Counted from the stretch's first letter, positions 22,163 to 33,493 are shown. The stretch: DNA of 64,000 bases from Pseudomonadota bacterium (GCA_040756015.1 JBFMAC010000004.1:132278-196277), one strand, 5' to 3'. Numbers and translations: made by a program. The notes: generated from the sequence alone by a model not told the origin.

Positions 22163-22186
22163 TTCGCTGTTTCCCGTCCTTGCAAG

Positions 22187-22213
22187 CCCCGTGCATTTTC
22201 GGCGCGGGGTTTT
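22187..22213 (+). terminator. Hairpin plus T-run after rpmF (terminator/attenuator)
   Basis: CCCCGTGC-ATTTTCG-GCGCGGGG-TTTT between rpmF and plsX. Confidence 0.5.
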
Positions 22214-22219
22214 CACTGA

Positions 22220-23236
22220 ATGGATATAACTGTCGCCATTGACTGCATGGGGGGCGACCACGGCCCCCATGTCACGGTGCCGGCTGCGCTCAAGGTTTTG
22301 CGCAGCACTTCCGAAACCAATTTCGTGCTGGTCGGACTGCGCGATGCCATCGAGGCGGAGTTGCGCAAATGTAACGCCGAACCTGGCACCCGCCTGCGCG
22401 TGCACCACGCCAGCGAGGTGGTGGCGATGGACGAATCCCCCGCGCTGGCGCTGCGCAACAAGAAGGATTCCTCGATGCGGGTGGCGATCGACCTGGTGAA
22501 GAGCGGTGAGGCGCATGCCTGCGTTTCCGCCGGCAACACCGGCGCCCTGATGGCCACCGCACGTTTCGTGCTGAAGACCCTGCCCGGCATCGAGCGTCCG
22601 GCGATTGCTTCGGTGCTGCCGACCATGAAGGGGCGCACGCTGATGCTGGACCTCGGCGCCAACGTCGATTGCAGCGCCTTGCACCTGTTGCAGTTCGCCA
22701 TCATGGGCAGCGCGCTGGTGAGTTCCACCGAACACAAGGAGGCGCCGACGGTGGGACTGCTCAACATCGGCGAGGAAGAAATCAAGGGTAACGAGGTGGT
22801 GAAGGAGGCGGCGCACCTGCTGCGCGCCAGCAGCCTCAATTTCCACGGCAACGTCGAAGGCGACGACATCTACAGGGGTACCGTCGACGTGGTGGTGTGT
22901 GACGGCTTTGTCGGCAACGTCGCGCTGAAGACCACCGAGGGACTGGCGAAAATGCTGTCCACTTACCTGCGCGAGGAGTTTTCGCGCAACCCATTGCGCC
23001 GGTTGGCGGCGCTGATCGCGCGGCCGGCGCTCAAGGCGTTCAAGGATCGCGTCGATCCGCGCATATACAACGGTGCCACGCTGCTGGGCCTGCGCGGCAT
23101 CGTGATGAAGAGCCATGGTTCCGCCGACAGCTATTCTTTCGAACATGCCATCCAGCGTGCCATCGACGAGGTGGGTACTGGCGTGCTGCATCGCATCGGC
23201 GAACGCCTTACCCTGAATCAGGAGAGCGCAGCATGA
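22220..23236 (+). CDS. plsX: Phosphate acyltransferase PlsX
   Basis: [12 protein letters not shown] start and [10 protein letters not shown] motif. Confidence 0.95.
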   Translation: MDITVAIDCMGGDHGPHVTVPAALKVLRSTSETNFVLVGLRDAIEAELRKCNAEPGTRLRVHHASEVVAMDESPALALRNKKDSSMRVAIDLVKSGEAHACVSAGNTGALMATARFVLKTLPGIERPAIASVLPTMKGRTLMLDLGANVDCSALHLLQFAIMGSALVSSTEHKEAPTVGLLNIGEEEIKGNEVVKEAAHLLRASSLNFHGNVEGDDIYRGTVDVVVCDGFVGNVALKTTEGLAKMLSTYLREEFSRNPLRRLAALIARPALKAFKDRVDPRIYNGATLLGLRGIVMKSHGSADSYSFEHAIQRAIDEVGTGVLHRIGERLTLNQESAA

Positions 23237-24186
23237 CTTACTCCCGCGTCGCCGGCACCGGCAGCTATCTTCCCGAAAAAATCCTGACCAATGCCGACCT
23301 CGAGCGCATGGTGGAAACCTCGGACGAGTGGATCGTGGCGCGCACCGGTATCCGCGAGCGCCATATCGCCGCCGACGCTGAGGTGACCAGCGATCTCGCA
23401 ATGCATGCGTCGCGGCACGCCATCGAAGCGGCGGGGGTGAACGTCGCCGACGTTGATCTGATCATCGTTGCCACCACCACGCCGGACCTCATTTTCCCCA
23501 GTACCGCCTGCATTCTGCAGAACAAGCTGGGCATTGCCGGCTGTCCCGCCTTCGACGTGCAGGCGGTATGCAGCGGCTTCGTGTATGCACTGGCCACGGC
23601 CGACCAGTTCATCCGCGGCGGCAGCGCGCGCTGTGCCCTGGTAGTGGGAGCGGAAACCATTTCGCGCATCACCGATTGGAGCAACCGTACCAACTGTATC
23701 CTGTGGGGCGACGGCGCCGGTGCGGTGGTGCTGACGGCGAGCGATGCGCCGGGCATCATTTCCACCCATCTGCACGCCGATGGCAGCTATGCCGAATTGC
23801 TGAATGTGCCGTGCGGGGTATCGAAGAAGAATCATGATCCCTATATCCACATGGAAGGCAACGCGGTGTTCAAGGTCGCGGTGAACACGCTGGATGCCAT
23901 TGTCGACGAAACGCTGCAAGCCAACCGCATGCAGAAATCCGATATCGACTGGCTAGTGCCGCACCAAGCCAATACCCGCATTATCGAGGCGACGGCGAAG
24001 AAGCTCGGCATGGGCATGGAGCAGGTGGTGGTGACGATAGACCGCCACGGTAACACTTCGGCGGCGTCGATCCCGCTGGCGCTGGACGTGGCGGTACGTG
24101 ACGGCCGCATCAAGCGTGGCGAGGTGGTGCTGATGGAAGCATTCGGTGGCGGCTTTACCTGGGGCTCGGTGTTGTTGCGCTGGTGA
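23233..24186 (+). CDS. fabH: 3-oxoacyl-ACP synthase III
   Basis: Active-site context [17 protein letters not shown] and GGGFTWG motifs. Confidence 0.95.
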   Translation: MTYSRVAGTGSYLPEKILTNADLERMVETSDEWIVARTGIRERHIAADAEVTSDLAMHASRHAIEAAGVNVADVDLIIVATTTPDLIFPSTACILQNKLGIAGCPAFDVQAVCSGFVYALATADQFIRGGSARCALVVGAETISRITDWSNRTNCILWGDGAGAVVLTASDAPGIISTHLHADGSYAELLNVPCGVSKKNHDPYIHMEGNAVFKVAVNTLDAIVDETLQANRMQKSDIDWLVPHQANTRIIEATAKKLGMGMEQVVVTIDRHGNTSAASIPLALDVAVRDGRIKRGEVVLMEAFGGGFTWGSVLLRW

Positions 24187-24196
24187 TTTGTTTGGC

Positions 24197-24292
24197 CGCG
24201 AAGGATGCAAAGGACGCGAAGGAATTCATGATGCTTGAGCCGCTTACGCGGAGTCGTTTTTACCTTGTGCCCTTGGCGGTGAAAGATTTTTT
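24197..24292. repeat. Intergenic repeat copy B with imperfect inverted arms
   Basis: Left arm CCGCGAAGGATGCAAAGGACGCGAAGGAA. Right arm CCTTGTGCCCTTGGCGGTGAAAGATTTTTT is partly its reverse complement. Lies between fabH and fabD. Confidence 0.5.
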
Positions 24293-24304
24293 GTCGGAAT
24301 GTAG

Positions 24305-25237
24305 ATGATGAAACTCGCATTCGTATTTCCCGGGCAGGGCTCGCAGTCGGTGGGCATGATGGCGGCTTACGCCGGCTTGTCGCAGATACGCGAAACCATG
24401 CAGGAAGCTTCGGAGGTGCTCGGCCAGGATTTGTGGCAGTTGATCGAGAACGGGCCGGCGGAAACGCTCAATCTCACCGCCAACACGCAGCCGGCGATGC
24501 TGGCCGTTGACATTGCGGTGTACCGCGCCTGGCTGGCGGCGGGCGGACGCAGGCCCGACGTGGTCGCCGGCCACAGCCTGGGTGAATACGCCGCATTGGT
24601 GGCGGCGGGGGCGATTGAGTTCAAGGAGGCGCTGCCGCTGGTGCGCTATCGCGCCGAGGTGATGCAGCAGGCGGTGCCGGAAGGCAGCGGTGGCATCGCC
24701 GCGATCCTCGGTCTCGACGATGACGCGGTGAAGGCGGTATGCGTGGAGGCCGCGCAGGGCGAGGTGGTGGAGGCGGTAAATTTCAATTCGCCAGGCCAGG
24801 TGGTGATCGCCGGGCATCGTAGCGCGGTCGAGCGCGGCATGGAACTGGCCAAGGCCAGGGGCGCGAAGCGCGCGCTCCTGCTGCCGATGAGCGTGCCGTC
24901 GCATTGCTCGCTGCTCAAGGACGCGGCGCAGAAGCTGGCGGCGCGACTTGCCGTCGTCACTGTGCGCAAACCCAATGTGCCGGTGCTGCACAATGCCGAC
25001 GTGGCAAGCCACGGCGAAGCGGGAGCGATCGGCGACGCGCTGGCGCGGCAGTTGCACAGCCCGGTGCGCTGGGTGGAAACAGTGCGGAAGTTCGCCGTTG
25101 ACGGTGTTACCCACGTGGTCGAGTGCGGCCCGGGCAAGGTGTTGATGGGGCTCGACAAGCGCATCGCCACGGATTTGCAGCACCTGACGCTGAGCGATGC
25201 CGAGGCCGTGAAGCAGGCGCTGGCGGCGTTGGCGTAA
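24305..25237 (+). CDS. fabD: Malonyl-CoA:ACP transacylase
   Basis: FVFPGQGSQ and GHSLGEY active-site motifs. Confidence 0.95.
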   Translation: MMKLAFVFPGQGSQSVGMMAAYAGLSQIRETMQEASEVLGQDLWQLIENGPAETLNLTANTQPAMLAVDIAVYRAWLAAGGRRPDVVAGHSLGEYAALVAAGAIEFKEALPLVRYRAEVMQQAVPEGSGGIAAILGLDDDAVKAVCVEAAQGEVVEAVNFNSPGQVVIAGHRSAVERGMELAKARGAKRALLLPMSVPSHCSLLKDAAQKLAARLAVVTVRKPNVPVLHNADVASHGEAGAIGDALARQLHSPVRWVETVRKFAVDGVTHVVECGPGKVLMGLDKRIATDLQHLTLSDAEAVKQALAALA

Positions 25238-25408
25238 AAGCTGTTGAACCGCGAGGGCCGAGAAGAGGTATCTTGGATCGTTGGCATCGCGTTGAATTTA
25301 TGAAGTTAACTGGCGTTGTTGCGTCCTGATTTTTGCCCCGGAGAGAGATGGGAAGCGAAGGCAGCGCTTGTACAAAATGAGACGGATTGCGCAAGGTTAA
25401 TCCTGTTT

Positions 25409-25435
25409 TTCTTGGCGTCCGGTGAACGCCATTTT
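25409..25435. repeat. Intergenic repeat copy C (short hairpin + T-run)
   Basis: TTCTTGGCGTCCGGTGAACGCCATTTT: GGCGT/ACGCC stem with the same GGTGAA core, upstream of fabG. Confidence 0.35.
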
Positions 25436-25451
25436 AGAATTGGGGAAAAAC

Positions 25452-26192
25452 ATGCTTACAGGAAAAATAGCATTGGTTACCGGTGCCAGCCGCGGCATCG
25501 GCCAGGCGATTGCGCTGGAACTGGCCAAGCAGGGTGCGACGGTGATCGGCACTGCGACCACCCAGCCCGGTGCCGATGCCATCGGCGCTTATCTGGCTGC
25601 GGCCGGCGTCAAAGGAGCCGGTATGGCGCTTAATGTGACCGACGCAGCGCAAGTGGAACAGGTTCTGGGCGAGGTGCAGAAACAGTTTGGCGACGTTGCC
25701 ATCCTGGTCAACAACGCCGGCATCACCCGCGACAACCTGCTGCTGCGCATGAAGGACGAGGAATGGGATGCGGTCATGGACACCAACCTGAAATCGGTAT
25801 TCCGTCTCTCCAAACTGGTGCTGCGCGGCATGATGAAGGCGCGTTTCGGCCGCATCGTCAACATCACTTCGGTGGTCGGTTTCATGGGCAATGCCGGTCA
25901 GGCCAACTATGCGGCGGCCAAGGCCGGCATCGTCGGTTTCAGCAAGTCGCTGGCGCGCGAGGTGGGGAGCCGCAACATCACGGTAAACTGCGTCGCGCCC
26001 GGCTTCATCGACACCGACATGACCCGTGCGCTGCCGGACGAACAGCGCCAGGCGCTGGTCGCACAGGTGCCGCTGGGACGGCTGGGCGAGGCGCAAGACA
26101 TCGCTGCGACGGTGGCGTTTCTGGCTTCACCGGGCGCCGGCTACATTACCGGCAGCACACTGCACGTCAACGGCGGCATGTTGATGGACTGA
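25452..26192 (+). CDS. fabG: 3-oxoacyl-ACP reductase
   Basis: TGASRGIG Rossmann motif, NNAG, YAAAKAG catalytic motif. Start taken at MLTGKIALV. Confidence 0.95.
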   Translation: MLTGKIALVTGASRGIGQAIALELAKQGATVIGTATTQPGADAIGAYLAAAGVKGAGMALNVTDAAQVEQVLGEVQKQFGDVAILVNNAGITRDNLLLRMKDEEWDAVMDTNLKSVFRLSKLVLRGMMKARFGRIVNITSVVGFMGNAGQANYAAAKAGIVGFSKSLAREVGSRNITVNCVAPGFIDTDMTRALPDEQRQALVAQVPLGRLGEAQDIAATVAFLASPGAGYITGSTLHVNGGMLMD

Positions 26193-26295
26193 TTTGCATC
26201 GAAAACCTCACGTTGCCCGCAGATTTTGGAATCGGGGCAAATTTGGTAAAATGCCGTTACTTTTTTGACCTTACAAATAAAGGAAGGGGAATCAG

Positions 26296-26532
26296 ATGGA
26301 AAATGTAGAAGCGCGCGTGAAGAAAATCGTTGCCGAGCAGTTGGGCGTCAACGAGGCGGACATCAAGAGCGATTCCTCTTTCGTCAACGACCTGGGCGCG
26401 GACTCCCTGGATACCGTCGAACTGGTGATGGCGCTGGAAGAGGAATTCGAGTGCGAAATCCCCGACGAGGAAGCGGAAAAGATCACCACGGTCAAGCAGG
26501 CGGTGGATTACATCAACGCCCATCTCGGCTAA
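26296..26532 (+). CDS. acpP: Acyl carrier protein
   Basis: 78 aa with [19 protein letters not shown] phosphopantetheine-attachment motif. Confidence 0.97.
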   Translation: MENVEARVKKIVAEQLGVNEADIKSDSSFVNDLGADSLDTVELVMALEEEFECEIPDEEAEKITTVKQAVDYINAHLG

Positions 26533-26550
26533 GTTGCCCGATCACAAAAA

Positions 26551-27783
26551 TTGTCCAAACGTAGAGTAGTCATCACCGGCCTGGGCAGCATCAGCCCGGT
26601 CGGCAATACCGTTGCCGAAACCTGGGAAGCCATCGTTGCCGGCAAGAGCGGCATTGGCACCATTACCCGTTTCGATGCCACGCTCCTCAAGTCGCAAATC
26701 GCCGGCGAGGTGAAAGGCTTCGACGTGGCCGCCTACCTGTCACCCAAGGAGGCGCGGCGCATGGATACCTTCATGCATTACGGGATGGCGGCCGGCATCC
26801 AGGCTTTCCGAGACTCCGGCTTGACAGTGACGCCGGAAAACGCCGAGCGTATCGGTGTCAACATCGGTTCCGGTATCGGCGGCCTGCAAATGATCGAGGA
26901 AACGCACGACGATTACCTCGGCGGCGGCCCGCGCAAGATTTCGCCCTTTTTCATTCCCGGCACCATCATCAACATGATCTCGGGCAATCTGTCGATCATG
27001 TTCGGCCTCAAGGGACCCAACCTTGCCGTGGTCACGGCCTGCACCACCGGTCTGCACGCCATTGGCACCAGCATGCGCATGATCCAGTACGGGGAGGCCG
27101 ATGCCATGGTGTGCGGCGGCGCCGAATCGGCGGTGACCCCGCTCGCGGTTGGTGGCTTTGCCTCGGCGCAGGCGCTGTCCACACGCAACGACGATCCGTC
27201 CACCGCCAGCCGTCCTTGGGACAAGGGGCGCGACGGCTTCGTGCTGGGCGAGGGCGCGGGCGTCATGGTGATCGAGGAATACGAGCACGCAAAGAAGCGC
27301 GGTGCCCGCATTTATGCGGAACTTGGCGGCTTCGGCATGAGCGGCGATGCTTACCACATGACCGCTCCGGATACCGACGGGCCGCGCCGCAGCATGGTCA
27401 ATGCGCTCAAGGATGCCGGCATCAATGCCGATGCCGTGCAGTATGTGAACGCGCATGGCACCTCGACTCCGCTCGGCGACAAGAACGAAACCGAGGCCAT
27501 TAAGCTCGCCTTCGGCGAAGCAGCGCGGAAGGTCGTGGTCAGCTCCACCAAGTCGATGACCGGACACCTGCTGGGTGGTGCCGGCGGCCTCGAATCTGTG
27601 CTGACGGCGCTCGCCATTCATCACCAGGTTGCGCCGCCGACCATCAATATCTTCGAGCAGGATCCTGAATGCGATCTAGACTACTGCGCCAACACGGCGC
27701 GGCAGATGAAAATCGACGTTGCGCTGAAGAACAATTTCGGTTTCGGTGGCACCAACGGCTCGCTGGTGTTCCGCAAGATCTGA
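26551..27783 (+). CDS. fabF: 3-oxoacyl-ACP synthase II
   Basis: TTG start, [11 protein letters not shown]. Active-site context [14 protein letters not shown] and GHLLGGAG motifs. Confidence 0.95.
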   Translation: MSKRRVVITGLGSISPVGNTVAETWEAIVAGKSGIGTITRFDATLLKSQIAGEVKGFDVAAYLSPKEARRMDTFMHYGMAAGIQAFRDSGLTVTPENAERIGVNIGSGIGGLQMIEETHDDYLGGGPRKISPFFIPGTIINMISGNLSIMFGLKGPNLAVVTACTTGLHAIGTSMRMIQYGEADAMVCGGAESAVTPLAVGGFASAQALSTRNDDPSTASRPWDKGRDGFVLGEGAGVMVIEEYEHAKKRGARIYAELGGFGMSGDAYHMTAPDTDGPRRSMVNALKDAGINADAVQYVNAHGTSTPLGDKNETEAIKLAFGEAARKVVVSSTKSMTGHLLGGAGGLESVLTALAIHHQVAPPTINIFEQDPECDLDYCANTARQMKIDVALKNNFGFGGTNGSLVFRKI

Positions 27784-27813
27784 TCCCGGCCAACATCCCA
27801 CGCGAGCTTGCCG

Positions 27814-28605
27814 ATGATGCTCATCAACGGAATGGCAAGCAAATCCGTAGCGGCAAACGATCGCGGCCTGCAATATGGCGATGGCGTGTTCCGCACCCTG
27901 CTGGTGCGTGCTGGCACGCCGCTGCATTGGCAGCGCCACTATCGCAAGCTGGCCGCTGACTGTGCAGCATTGGGGTTGACCTGTCCAGATCAATCCATTC
28001 TTCATCGCGAACTACTGACACTCGCTGAACCACAGCCCGATGGTGTCGCCAAGATCATCGTCACGCGCGGCGTGAGCGGGCGTGGTTACGCTTACGCAAA
28101 TGTCCGGCCGACACGCATCGTCAGCCTGAGCAGCTTGCTGGAGTATCCACCAGAATACGCCAGCAGTGGGGTGAGGGTATGCGTGTGCGATCTGCGCCTG
28201 GGCGCGCAGCCGCGCCTGGCTGGGGTCAAGCACCTCAATCGCCTGGAGAACGTCCTGGCGCGCAGCGAGTGGAGCGACCCCCGCATCGCCGAAGGGCTGC
28301 TGCTCGACGCGGAAGGCAACGTCATCGAGGGCGTCATGAGCAATGTGTTTATCGTCGAGGACGGGACTTGGGCAACGCCGGAACTGAGTCGCTGCGGCGT
28401 CGCCGGCGTGCAGCGCGAGCGTTTGCTGGAGCGCGTGGCTTGTCGTGTCGAACCCATCCCGCTGGAACGCCTGTTGCGCGCCGATGAAGTGCTGCTGGTG
28501 AATAGCCTCATCGGTGTATGGCCGGTGCGCGAAATCGGTGAACGACACTGGCAGCCGGGACCGGCCAGCGTAGTGGCGCGGCGCTGGCTGGCAGAGGAGC
28601 AGTGA
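27814..28605 (+). CDS. pabC: Aminodeoxychorismate lyase (class IV aminotransferase fold)
   Basis: DRGLQYGDGVFRT motif. Conserved position between fabF and mltG. Start uncertain (27808, 27814 or 27817). Confidence 0.8.
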   Translation: MMLINGMASKSVAANDRGLQYGDGVFRTLLVRAGTPLHWQRHYRKLAADCAALGLTCPDQSILHRELLTLAEPQPDGVAKIIVTRGVSGRGYAYANVRPTRIVSLSSLLEYPPEYASSGVRVCVCDLRLGAQPRLAGVKHLNRLENVLARSEWSDPRIAEGLLLDAEGNVIEGVMSNVFIVEDGTWATPELSRCGVAGVQRERLLERVACRVEPIPLERLLRADEVLLVNSLIGVWPVREIGERHWQPGPASVVARRWLAEEQ

Positions 28606-29594
28606 TGCGCAAGCTGGTCAGCTTCCTGGTGGTGGCATTGCTCGTGGTGGCCGGCTTCTTTACCTATTACGCCAACAGCAGCCTGACGCTGCCCAGGGTG
28701 CCGCTGGCCTTCGACATCAAGCCGGGCAGCAGTTTGAAGAGCGCGGCGCGGCAGCTGGTCGAGTTGAAAGTGTTGCCGGATGCCTGGCGTTTCGTGTGGC
28801 TGGCGCGCTTGCTGGGCAAGGCAGGCAGCGTCAAGACTGGTAATTACGAGATTGAAGGCGATACTACCCCCTTCGAACTGATCACCATGATCACGCGCGG
28901 CAAGGTCAGCCAAGGTGAGATCGTGCTGATCGAGGGCTGGAATTTCCGCGAGGTGCGTGCCGCGCTCAATGCGCACCCCAATTTGCGCCATGACAGCGCG
29001 GCCCTGAGCGACGCGGAAATCCTGCAGCGCGTGGGCGCAGCCGAGAGCCATCCAGAGGGATTGTTTTTTCCCGACACCTATTACTTCGCCAAGGGCAGCA
29101 GCGACCTTGCCGTGCTGCGTCGCGCCTACCGCGTCATGCAAAACCGGCTATCGGATGCATGGGCGCAGCGCGCACCGGATGTGCCATTTGCGACGCCTTA
29201 TGAAGCGCTGATCATGGCCTCCATCGTGGAGAAGGAAACCGGCCAGGCGACCGAGCGGCCGATGATCGCGGCGGTGTTCGTCAACCGCCTCAGGCACGGC
29301 ATGCGGTTGCAAACCGACCCGACGGTGATATACGGGCTGAGCGAGAAATTCGATGGCAACTTGCGCCGCCGCGATCTGGAAACCGACACGCCTTACAATT
29401 CCTACACCCGCGCCGGGCTGCCGCCGACGCCGATCGCCATGCCGGGCATGGATGCGTTGCGCGCGACGCTGAATCCGGCGCAGAGCCGTGCGCTATATTT
29501 CGTCGCGCGCGGTGACGGCACTTCAAAATTTTCAGAATCGCTGGCCGAGCACAACCGCGCCGTGACCCAATACCAACTCAAGGGCGGCAAATGA
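28602..29594 (+). CDS. mltG: Endolytic murein transglycosylase MltG (YceG)
   Basis: N-terminal TM anchor. ASIVEKET catalytic Glu context. [14 protein letters not shown] motif. Confidence 0.9.
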   Translation: MMRKLVSFLVVALLVVAGFFTYYANSSLTLPRVPLAFDIKPGSSLKSAARQLVELKVLPDAWRFVWLARLLGKAGSVKTGNYEIEGDTTPFELITMITRGKVSQGEIVLIEGWNFREVRAALNAHPNLRHDSAALSDAEILQRVGAAESHPEGLFFPDTYYFAKGSSDLAVLRRAYRVMQNRLSDAWAQRAPDVPFATPYEALIMASIVEKETGQATERPMIAAVFVNRLRHGMRLQTDPTVIYGLSEKFDGNLRRRDLETDTPYNSYTRAGLPPTPIAMPGMDALRATLNPAQSRALYFVARGDGTSKFSESLAEHNRAVTQYQLKGGK

Positions 29595-30202
29595 TCGTGG
29601 GTAAATTCATTACACTCGAAGGCATAGACGGCGCCGGCAAGAGCACCCACCTCGCCTGGCTTGCCGAATATCTCCGGGGCAAGAGGCTGCCGGTGACGGT
29701 GACGCGCGAGCCGGGCGGCACCCCGCTCGGGGAGAAGCTGCGCGAATTGCTGCTGCACGAGGTGATGCATGCCGAGACCGAGGCGCTGCTGATGTTCGCC
29801 GCGCGCTGCGAGCACGTGCAGCAGGTGATCCGGCCCGCCTTGCAGCAGGGCGCCTGGGTGGTGTGCGATCGTTTCAGCGATGCCAGCTTCGCCTACCAGG
29901 GCGGCGGCAGGGGATTGCCCGCGGAGCGGCTGGAACTGCTGGAGCGCTGGGTGCACGCCGACCTGCAACCGCACCTGACCCTTTTGTTCGACGTGCCACT
30001 CGCGGTGAGCCAGGCGCGGCTCGCCAACAACACCAGCCTGGACCGTTTCGAGCAGGAGCGCGGCGCCTTCTTCGAGCGCGTGCGCGCTGCCTATCATGTG
30101 CGTGCGGCGCAGTTCCCACAGCGCTTCCGCGTAGTCGATTCGACACGCAGCATCGAGACCATTCGTGCCGAATTGCAAGCCATCGTGGATGCCTTGATAT
30201 GA
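29591..30202 (+). CDS. tmk: Thymidylate kinase
   Basis: [15 protein letters not shown]-loop, TREPGGT, DRF motifs. Confidence 0.93.
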   Translation: MIVGKFITLEGIDGAGKSTHLAWLAEYLRGKRLPVTVTREPGGTPLGEKLRELLLHEVMHAETEALLMFAARCEHVQQVIRPALQQGAWVVCDRFSDASFAYQGGGRGLPAERLELLERWVHADLQPHLTLLFDVPLAVSQARLANNTSLDRFEQERGAFFERVRAAYHVRAAQFPQRFRVVDSTRSIETIRAELQAIVDALI

Positions 30203-31197
30203 GTCACCTGCCGTGGCATGAGGCTGCTTGGCGCGCGCTGCTGGCACAGAAGGGCACATTGCCGCATGCGCTGTTGTTCAAAGGCTCGAAGGGCATAGGC
30301 AAGCTCGTTTTTGCGCGCGCTTTTGCGCAGGCGTTGCTGTGCGAGACCCCGGACCCCGACGGTGACGCTTGCGACGGCTGCCCGTCCTGCCGCTGGTTCG
30401 CAACTGACAGTCATCCCGATTTCCGCTTGCTGGAGCCGCTCAAGGGTGAAGAGGGGGAAGATGAACTTGGCGAGTCCACCAAAAAGAAGGATGCCAAGGA
30501 AATCGTCATCAAGCAGATCCGTGCGCTGGAGGATTTCGTCGGCCTGTCGTCGCACCGTAACGGCGCCAAGGTGGTGCTGCTGTATCCAGCAGAAACGCTC
30601 AACACCAGCGCCGCCAATGCGCTGCTGAAAACGCTGGAGGAGCCGCCGCCGCGTACTTATTTCCTGCTGGTGTCGCACCGCTCGCGTCAGTTGTTGCCTA
30701 CCGTGTTGAGCCGCTGCCGCCAGGTGGCATTGCCGCCGCCGCGAGCGGAGCAGGCGCAGGACTGGCTCCGGCATCAGGGTATCGCCGATCCTCGACTGGG
30801 GCTGGCACAGGCCGGCTATGCGCCGTTGGCCGCGCTGGAACTGGAGCAGGGCGATTACTGGGAGGCGCGGCGCGTGCTGCTCGAACAATTGGCGCAGCAC
30901 CGCATTGACGCGCTAGCGCTGGCGGAGGGCAGCAAGGCGGAGGATCTGCCGCGCCTGCTGCTGTGGTTGCAGCAATGGACTTACGATTTGATTTTCTGCA
31001 AGTTTGCCGGGAAAATCCGTTACCATCTCGACTACGCCGAGGCGCTGGTTAGACTGGCGAAACGACTCGATGCCGTGATGCTGCTGCGCTTCCATCGCGA
31101 ACTGCTACGCCAACAGCGTATCGTGCAGCACCCGCTTAACCCGCGCCTGTTTGCCGAACAACTGTTGCTGTCTTATGTGAGACTGGTGGAAACATGA
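30199..31197 (+). CDS. holB: DNA polymerase III delta-prime subunit
   Basis: Inner ATG (ATGA overlap with the tmk stop). [13 protein letters not shown]. Zinc module [15 protein letters not shown] and SRC motifs. Confidence 0.85.
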   Translation: MSHLPWHEAAWRALLAQKGTLPHALLFKGSKGIGKLVFARAFAQALLCETPDPDGDACDGCPSCRWFATDSHPDFRLLEPLKGEEGEDELGESTKKKDAKEIVIKQIRALEDFVGLSSHRNGAKVVLLYPAETLNTSAANALLKTLEEPPPRTYFLLVSHRSRQLLPTVLSRCRQVALPPPRAEQAQDWLRHQGIADPRLGLAQAGYAPLAALELEQGDYWEARRVLLEQLAQHRIDALALAEGSKAEDLPRLLLWLQQWTYDLIFCKFAGKIRYHLDYAEALVRLAKRLDAVMLLRFHRELLRQQRIVQHPLNPRLFAEQLLLSYVRLVET

Positions 31198-31562
31198 GTG
31201 AAAATACAGGCGAAACTTCCGGTGTCAGGCATGGCGCCCTGTCGCTCAACATCAAGGAAAAGGCCACGCTCTATGCCGCCTATATGCCTTTCATCAAGGG
31301 TGGCGGGCTGTTCATTCCCACCACCAAGCGCTACCGCTTGGGTGATGAACTGTTCATGCTGCTGACGCTGATGGACGACCCCACGCGCCTGCCCGTGGCC
31401 GGCAAGGTGGTGTGGGTCACGCCCGACAGCATCCAGGGCGTCAAGCTGCAAGGCATAGGTGTGCAATTCTCCGACGACGAGGGCGGCAAAGCCGCGCGCG
31501 CCAAAATTGAAAACCTGCTGGGCGGAGTGAAGCAGTCGGCCAAGCCTACCCACACCATGTAG
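31194..31562 (+). CDS. pilZ: Type IV pilus assembly PilZ (non-canonical PilZ lacking RxxxR)
   Basis: LSLNIKEKATLYAAYMPFIKGGGLFIPT...LPVAGKVVWVTP...GIGVQF closely parallels Pseudomonas PilZ. Conserved position after holB. Confidence 0.85.
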   Translation: MSENTGETSGVRHGALSLNIKEKATLYAAYMPFIKGGGLFIPTTKRYRLGDELFMLLTLMDDPTRLPVAGKVVWVTPDSIQGVKLQGIGVQFSDDEGGKAARAKIENLLGGVKQSAKPTHTM

Positions 31563-31923
31563 TTTACCGGCGAGCATTCTTGCGTTTATTTCTTTGGCGG
31601 GCCGGCACCTTATGCGAGGGTCGTGCAGCACCGCCGCCGTGGCCGACAAGCGCGCCGATCCGCCCGCCAGCAGCAAGCCGCCATCACTGCTGAAGCGCCC
31701 CTGCAAATTCGCTTCAATAATGCGGCGTCCAAGTCACACAAACCCCATCTGTTCTGCGCTACGCTTTGGCATCGGCATACCTCCCTCTGAAATCTTCCCG
31801 CAAGCTGATTTTATGCGGGTCTCAAAGATATGCAGATGTCTTTCTTATGAAATATCCGGGTTGGCTTCCTGCGTATCGGCTTTCCCCGACTGTACACGCT
31901 TGTTACGGATTGGGTTTTGCCGG

Positions 31924-33021
31924 TTAATCCGGATGGTTTTCCCGGATGGCGAGGATCTGCGGCAGCATCTTGGAGAATATTGCGGTGATGGCGGGATCAA
32001 AATGCTGGCCGCTTTGTTCGTTGATGTAGTGGATGGCATCCTCGATCGGCCAGGCTTTCTTGTAGGGGCGCTCCGAGGTGAGGGCGTCGAACACGTCCGC
32101 CACCGTGACGATGCGCCCGACCAGGGGGATGGCTTCGCCCTGCAAGCCTGCCGGGTAGCCACTGCCATCCCATTTTTCGTGGTGACATAGCGCAATCAGG
32201 CGCGCCATTTCCATCAGTTCGGAAGCATGGCCAGAGAGGATTTCCGCGCCGATCTCGGCGTGGGTCTTCATCACTTCCCATTCTTCCGGGTCGAGCTTGC
32301 CCGGCTTGAGCAGGATACGGTCTGGGATGCCGATCTTGCCGATGTCGTGCATCGGGCTGGCGTTGAGCAGCAGCTCGCATTCATGCGCCGACATGCCTAT
32401 ACCTTCGCCGAGCAGGGCGGAGATCTTGCTCATCCTGATGATGTGCATGCCGGTTTCGTTGTCCCGATATTCGGCGGCGCGCCCCAGGCGGCGGATGATT
32501 TCCAAGCGTGTGTTGGACAGTTCTCTGGTGCGGTTGCGTACCCGCTCTTCGAGCAGGCGGTTTTGCTCGTGCACTTGGCTGTGCAGCATGCGCACTTCCA
32601 GCATGTTGCGAATGCGTGTCGTCATCTCCAGCAGGTCGAATGGCTTGTTGATGTAATCTTTGGCACCCGATCGGAGCGCACGCAGCCGCAGTGCATTGTC
32701 GTTGAGCGCCGTCACCACGATCACTGGCACGTAGCCCATCGGCTCGACGGCCTCCAGTCTGCGCATGACTTCGAAACCATCCACTTCGGGCATGTTGAGG
32801 TCGAGCAGGATCAGGTCGAAGCCCTGTGCGGCGTGCATCTCCGCCACCCGTTCCGGTCGATCGGTCGTGCTGATGCGGGAAAATCCTTCGCCGCGCAGGA
32901 TTTTCTCGAGCAGCATGATGTTGGCCGGCTGATCGTCGACGATCAGGATATGGGCCGAATGGATAAGTGGAGGTAAGGCCGTCAGGGCGTTCCAGGGCAA
33001 TGCTTGCGCGATGTTTTGCAT
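31924..33021 (-). CDS. Response regulator with HD-GYP c-di-GMP phosphodiesterase domain (RpfG-like)
   Basis: REC domain (ILIVDDQ...ILLDLNMPEVDG) followed by HDIGKIGIPD and HHEKWDGSGYP. Confidence 0.9.
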   Translation of the reverse strand: MQNIAQALPWNALTALPPLIHSAHILIVDDQPANIMLLEKILRGEGFSRISTTDRPERVAEMHAAQGFDLILLDLNMPEVDGFEVMRRLEAVEPMGYVPVIVVTALNDNALRLRALRSGAKDYINKPFDLLEMTTRIRNMLEVRMLHSQVHEQNRLLEERVRNRTRELSNTRLEIIRRLGRAAEYRDNETGMHIIRMSKISALLGEGIGMSAHECELLLNASPMHDIGKIGIPDRILLKPGKLDPEEWEVMKTHAEIGAEILSGHASELMEMARLIALCHHEKWDGSGYPAGLQGEAIPLVGRIVTVADVFDALTSERPYKKAWPIEDAIHYINEQSGQHFDPAITAIFSKMLPQILAIRENHPD

Positions 33022-33111
33022 ATGATGGTTGACGGTTTTGGGTGGACATTACAATTACGGCAGCTTCCACGACAGGTTTAGAGCCTCCATACAGGCAGTT
33101 CCTCCCTCGTC

Positions 33112-33138
33112 TAAAGTATGCTTGGCCGGCGTCGATAA
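33112..33138 (+). promoter_or_regulatory. Sigma-28 (FliA)-type promoter upstream of the STAS gene
   Basis: TAAAGTAT-N11-GTCGATAA versus consensus TAAAGTTT-N11-GCCGATAA (14 of 16 positions). Ends 37 nt before the ATG at 33175. Confidence 0.55.
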
Positions 33139-33174
33139 CCAGTAAACCTGTTTTTCCAACAATCGGAGCTTTTC

Positions 33175-33480
33175 ATGCAAATCAATGTCCAGACTATGAA
33201 TGACAAGGCGCGGATGAGCTTGCAGGGGCGTTTCGATTTCAACGCCCACCGCGAGTTCCGCCAATCCTACGAATCCTTGCTGGCGCCCACCGAGGTGAAG
33301 GAAATCGAGGTCGACCTGGGCGGGGTGGAGTACCTCGACAGCTCCGCACTGGGCATGTTGCTCATGCTGCGCGAGAAGGCCGGGGCCAGCCAGAAGCAAC
33401 TGGCATTGTCGAATTGCCACGGCACGGTGCGGCAGGTGCTGGACATCGCCAATTTCGACAAATTGTTCAGCATTCGCTGA
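33175..33480 (+). CDS. STAS-domain anti-sigma-factor antagonist (HsbA/SpoIIAA-like)
   Basis: 101 aa. VDLGGVEYLDSSALGMLLMLRE contains the conserved phosphorylatable Ser context (DSSALG). Confidence 0.85.
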   Translation: MQINVQTMNDKARMSLQGRFDFNAHREFRQSYESLLAPTEVKEIEVDLGGVEYLDSSALGMLLMLREKAGASQKQLALSNCHGTVRQVLDIANFDKLFSIR

Positions 33481-33493
33481 TCCTTACGCCACC

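Noticed and set aside
29863-30198. N-terminal extensions of supplied ORFs overlapping upstream genes, e.g. the 444-aa version of holB. The same applies to 419-655, 1077-1148, 5698-5847, 19158-19361, 40076-40105, 44674-44733 and 45762-45803.
   Set aside because: The extensions are out-of-frame read-through of the upstream gene with Arg-rich nonsense sequence. Inner ATGs give family-typical N-termini and ATGA/short-gap coupling.
31563-31923. 360-bp unassigned gap between convergent pilZ and the REC-HD-GYP gene. It includes ORFs 31594-32190 (+) and 31173-31706 (-), and a 13-codon ORF with a GGGAGG RBS on the minus strand (around 31745-31790).
   Set aside because: The long ORFs overlap real genes antisense and look like nonsense. 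The tiny ORF has no supporting promoter or terminator that I could see. This may hold an sRNA, but I have no positive evidence.
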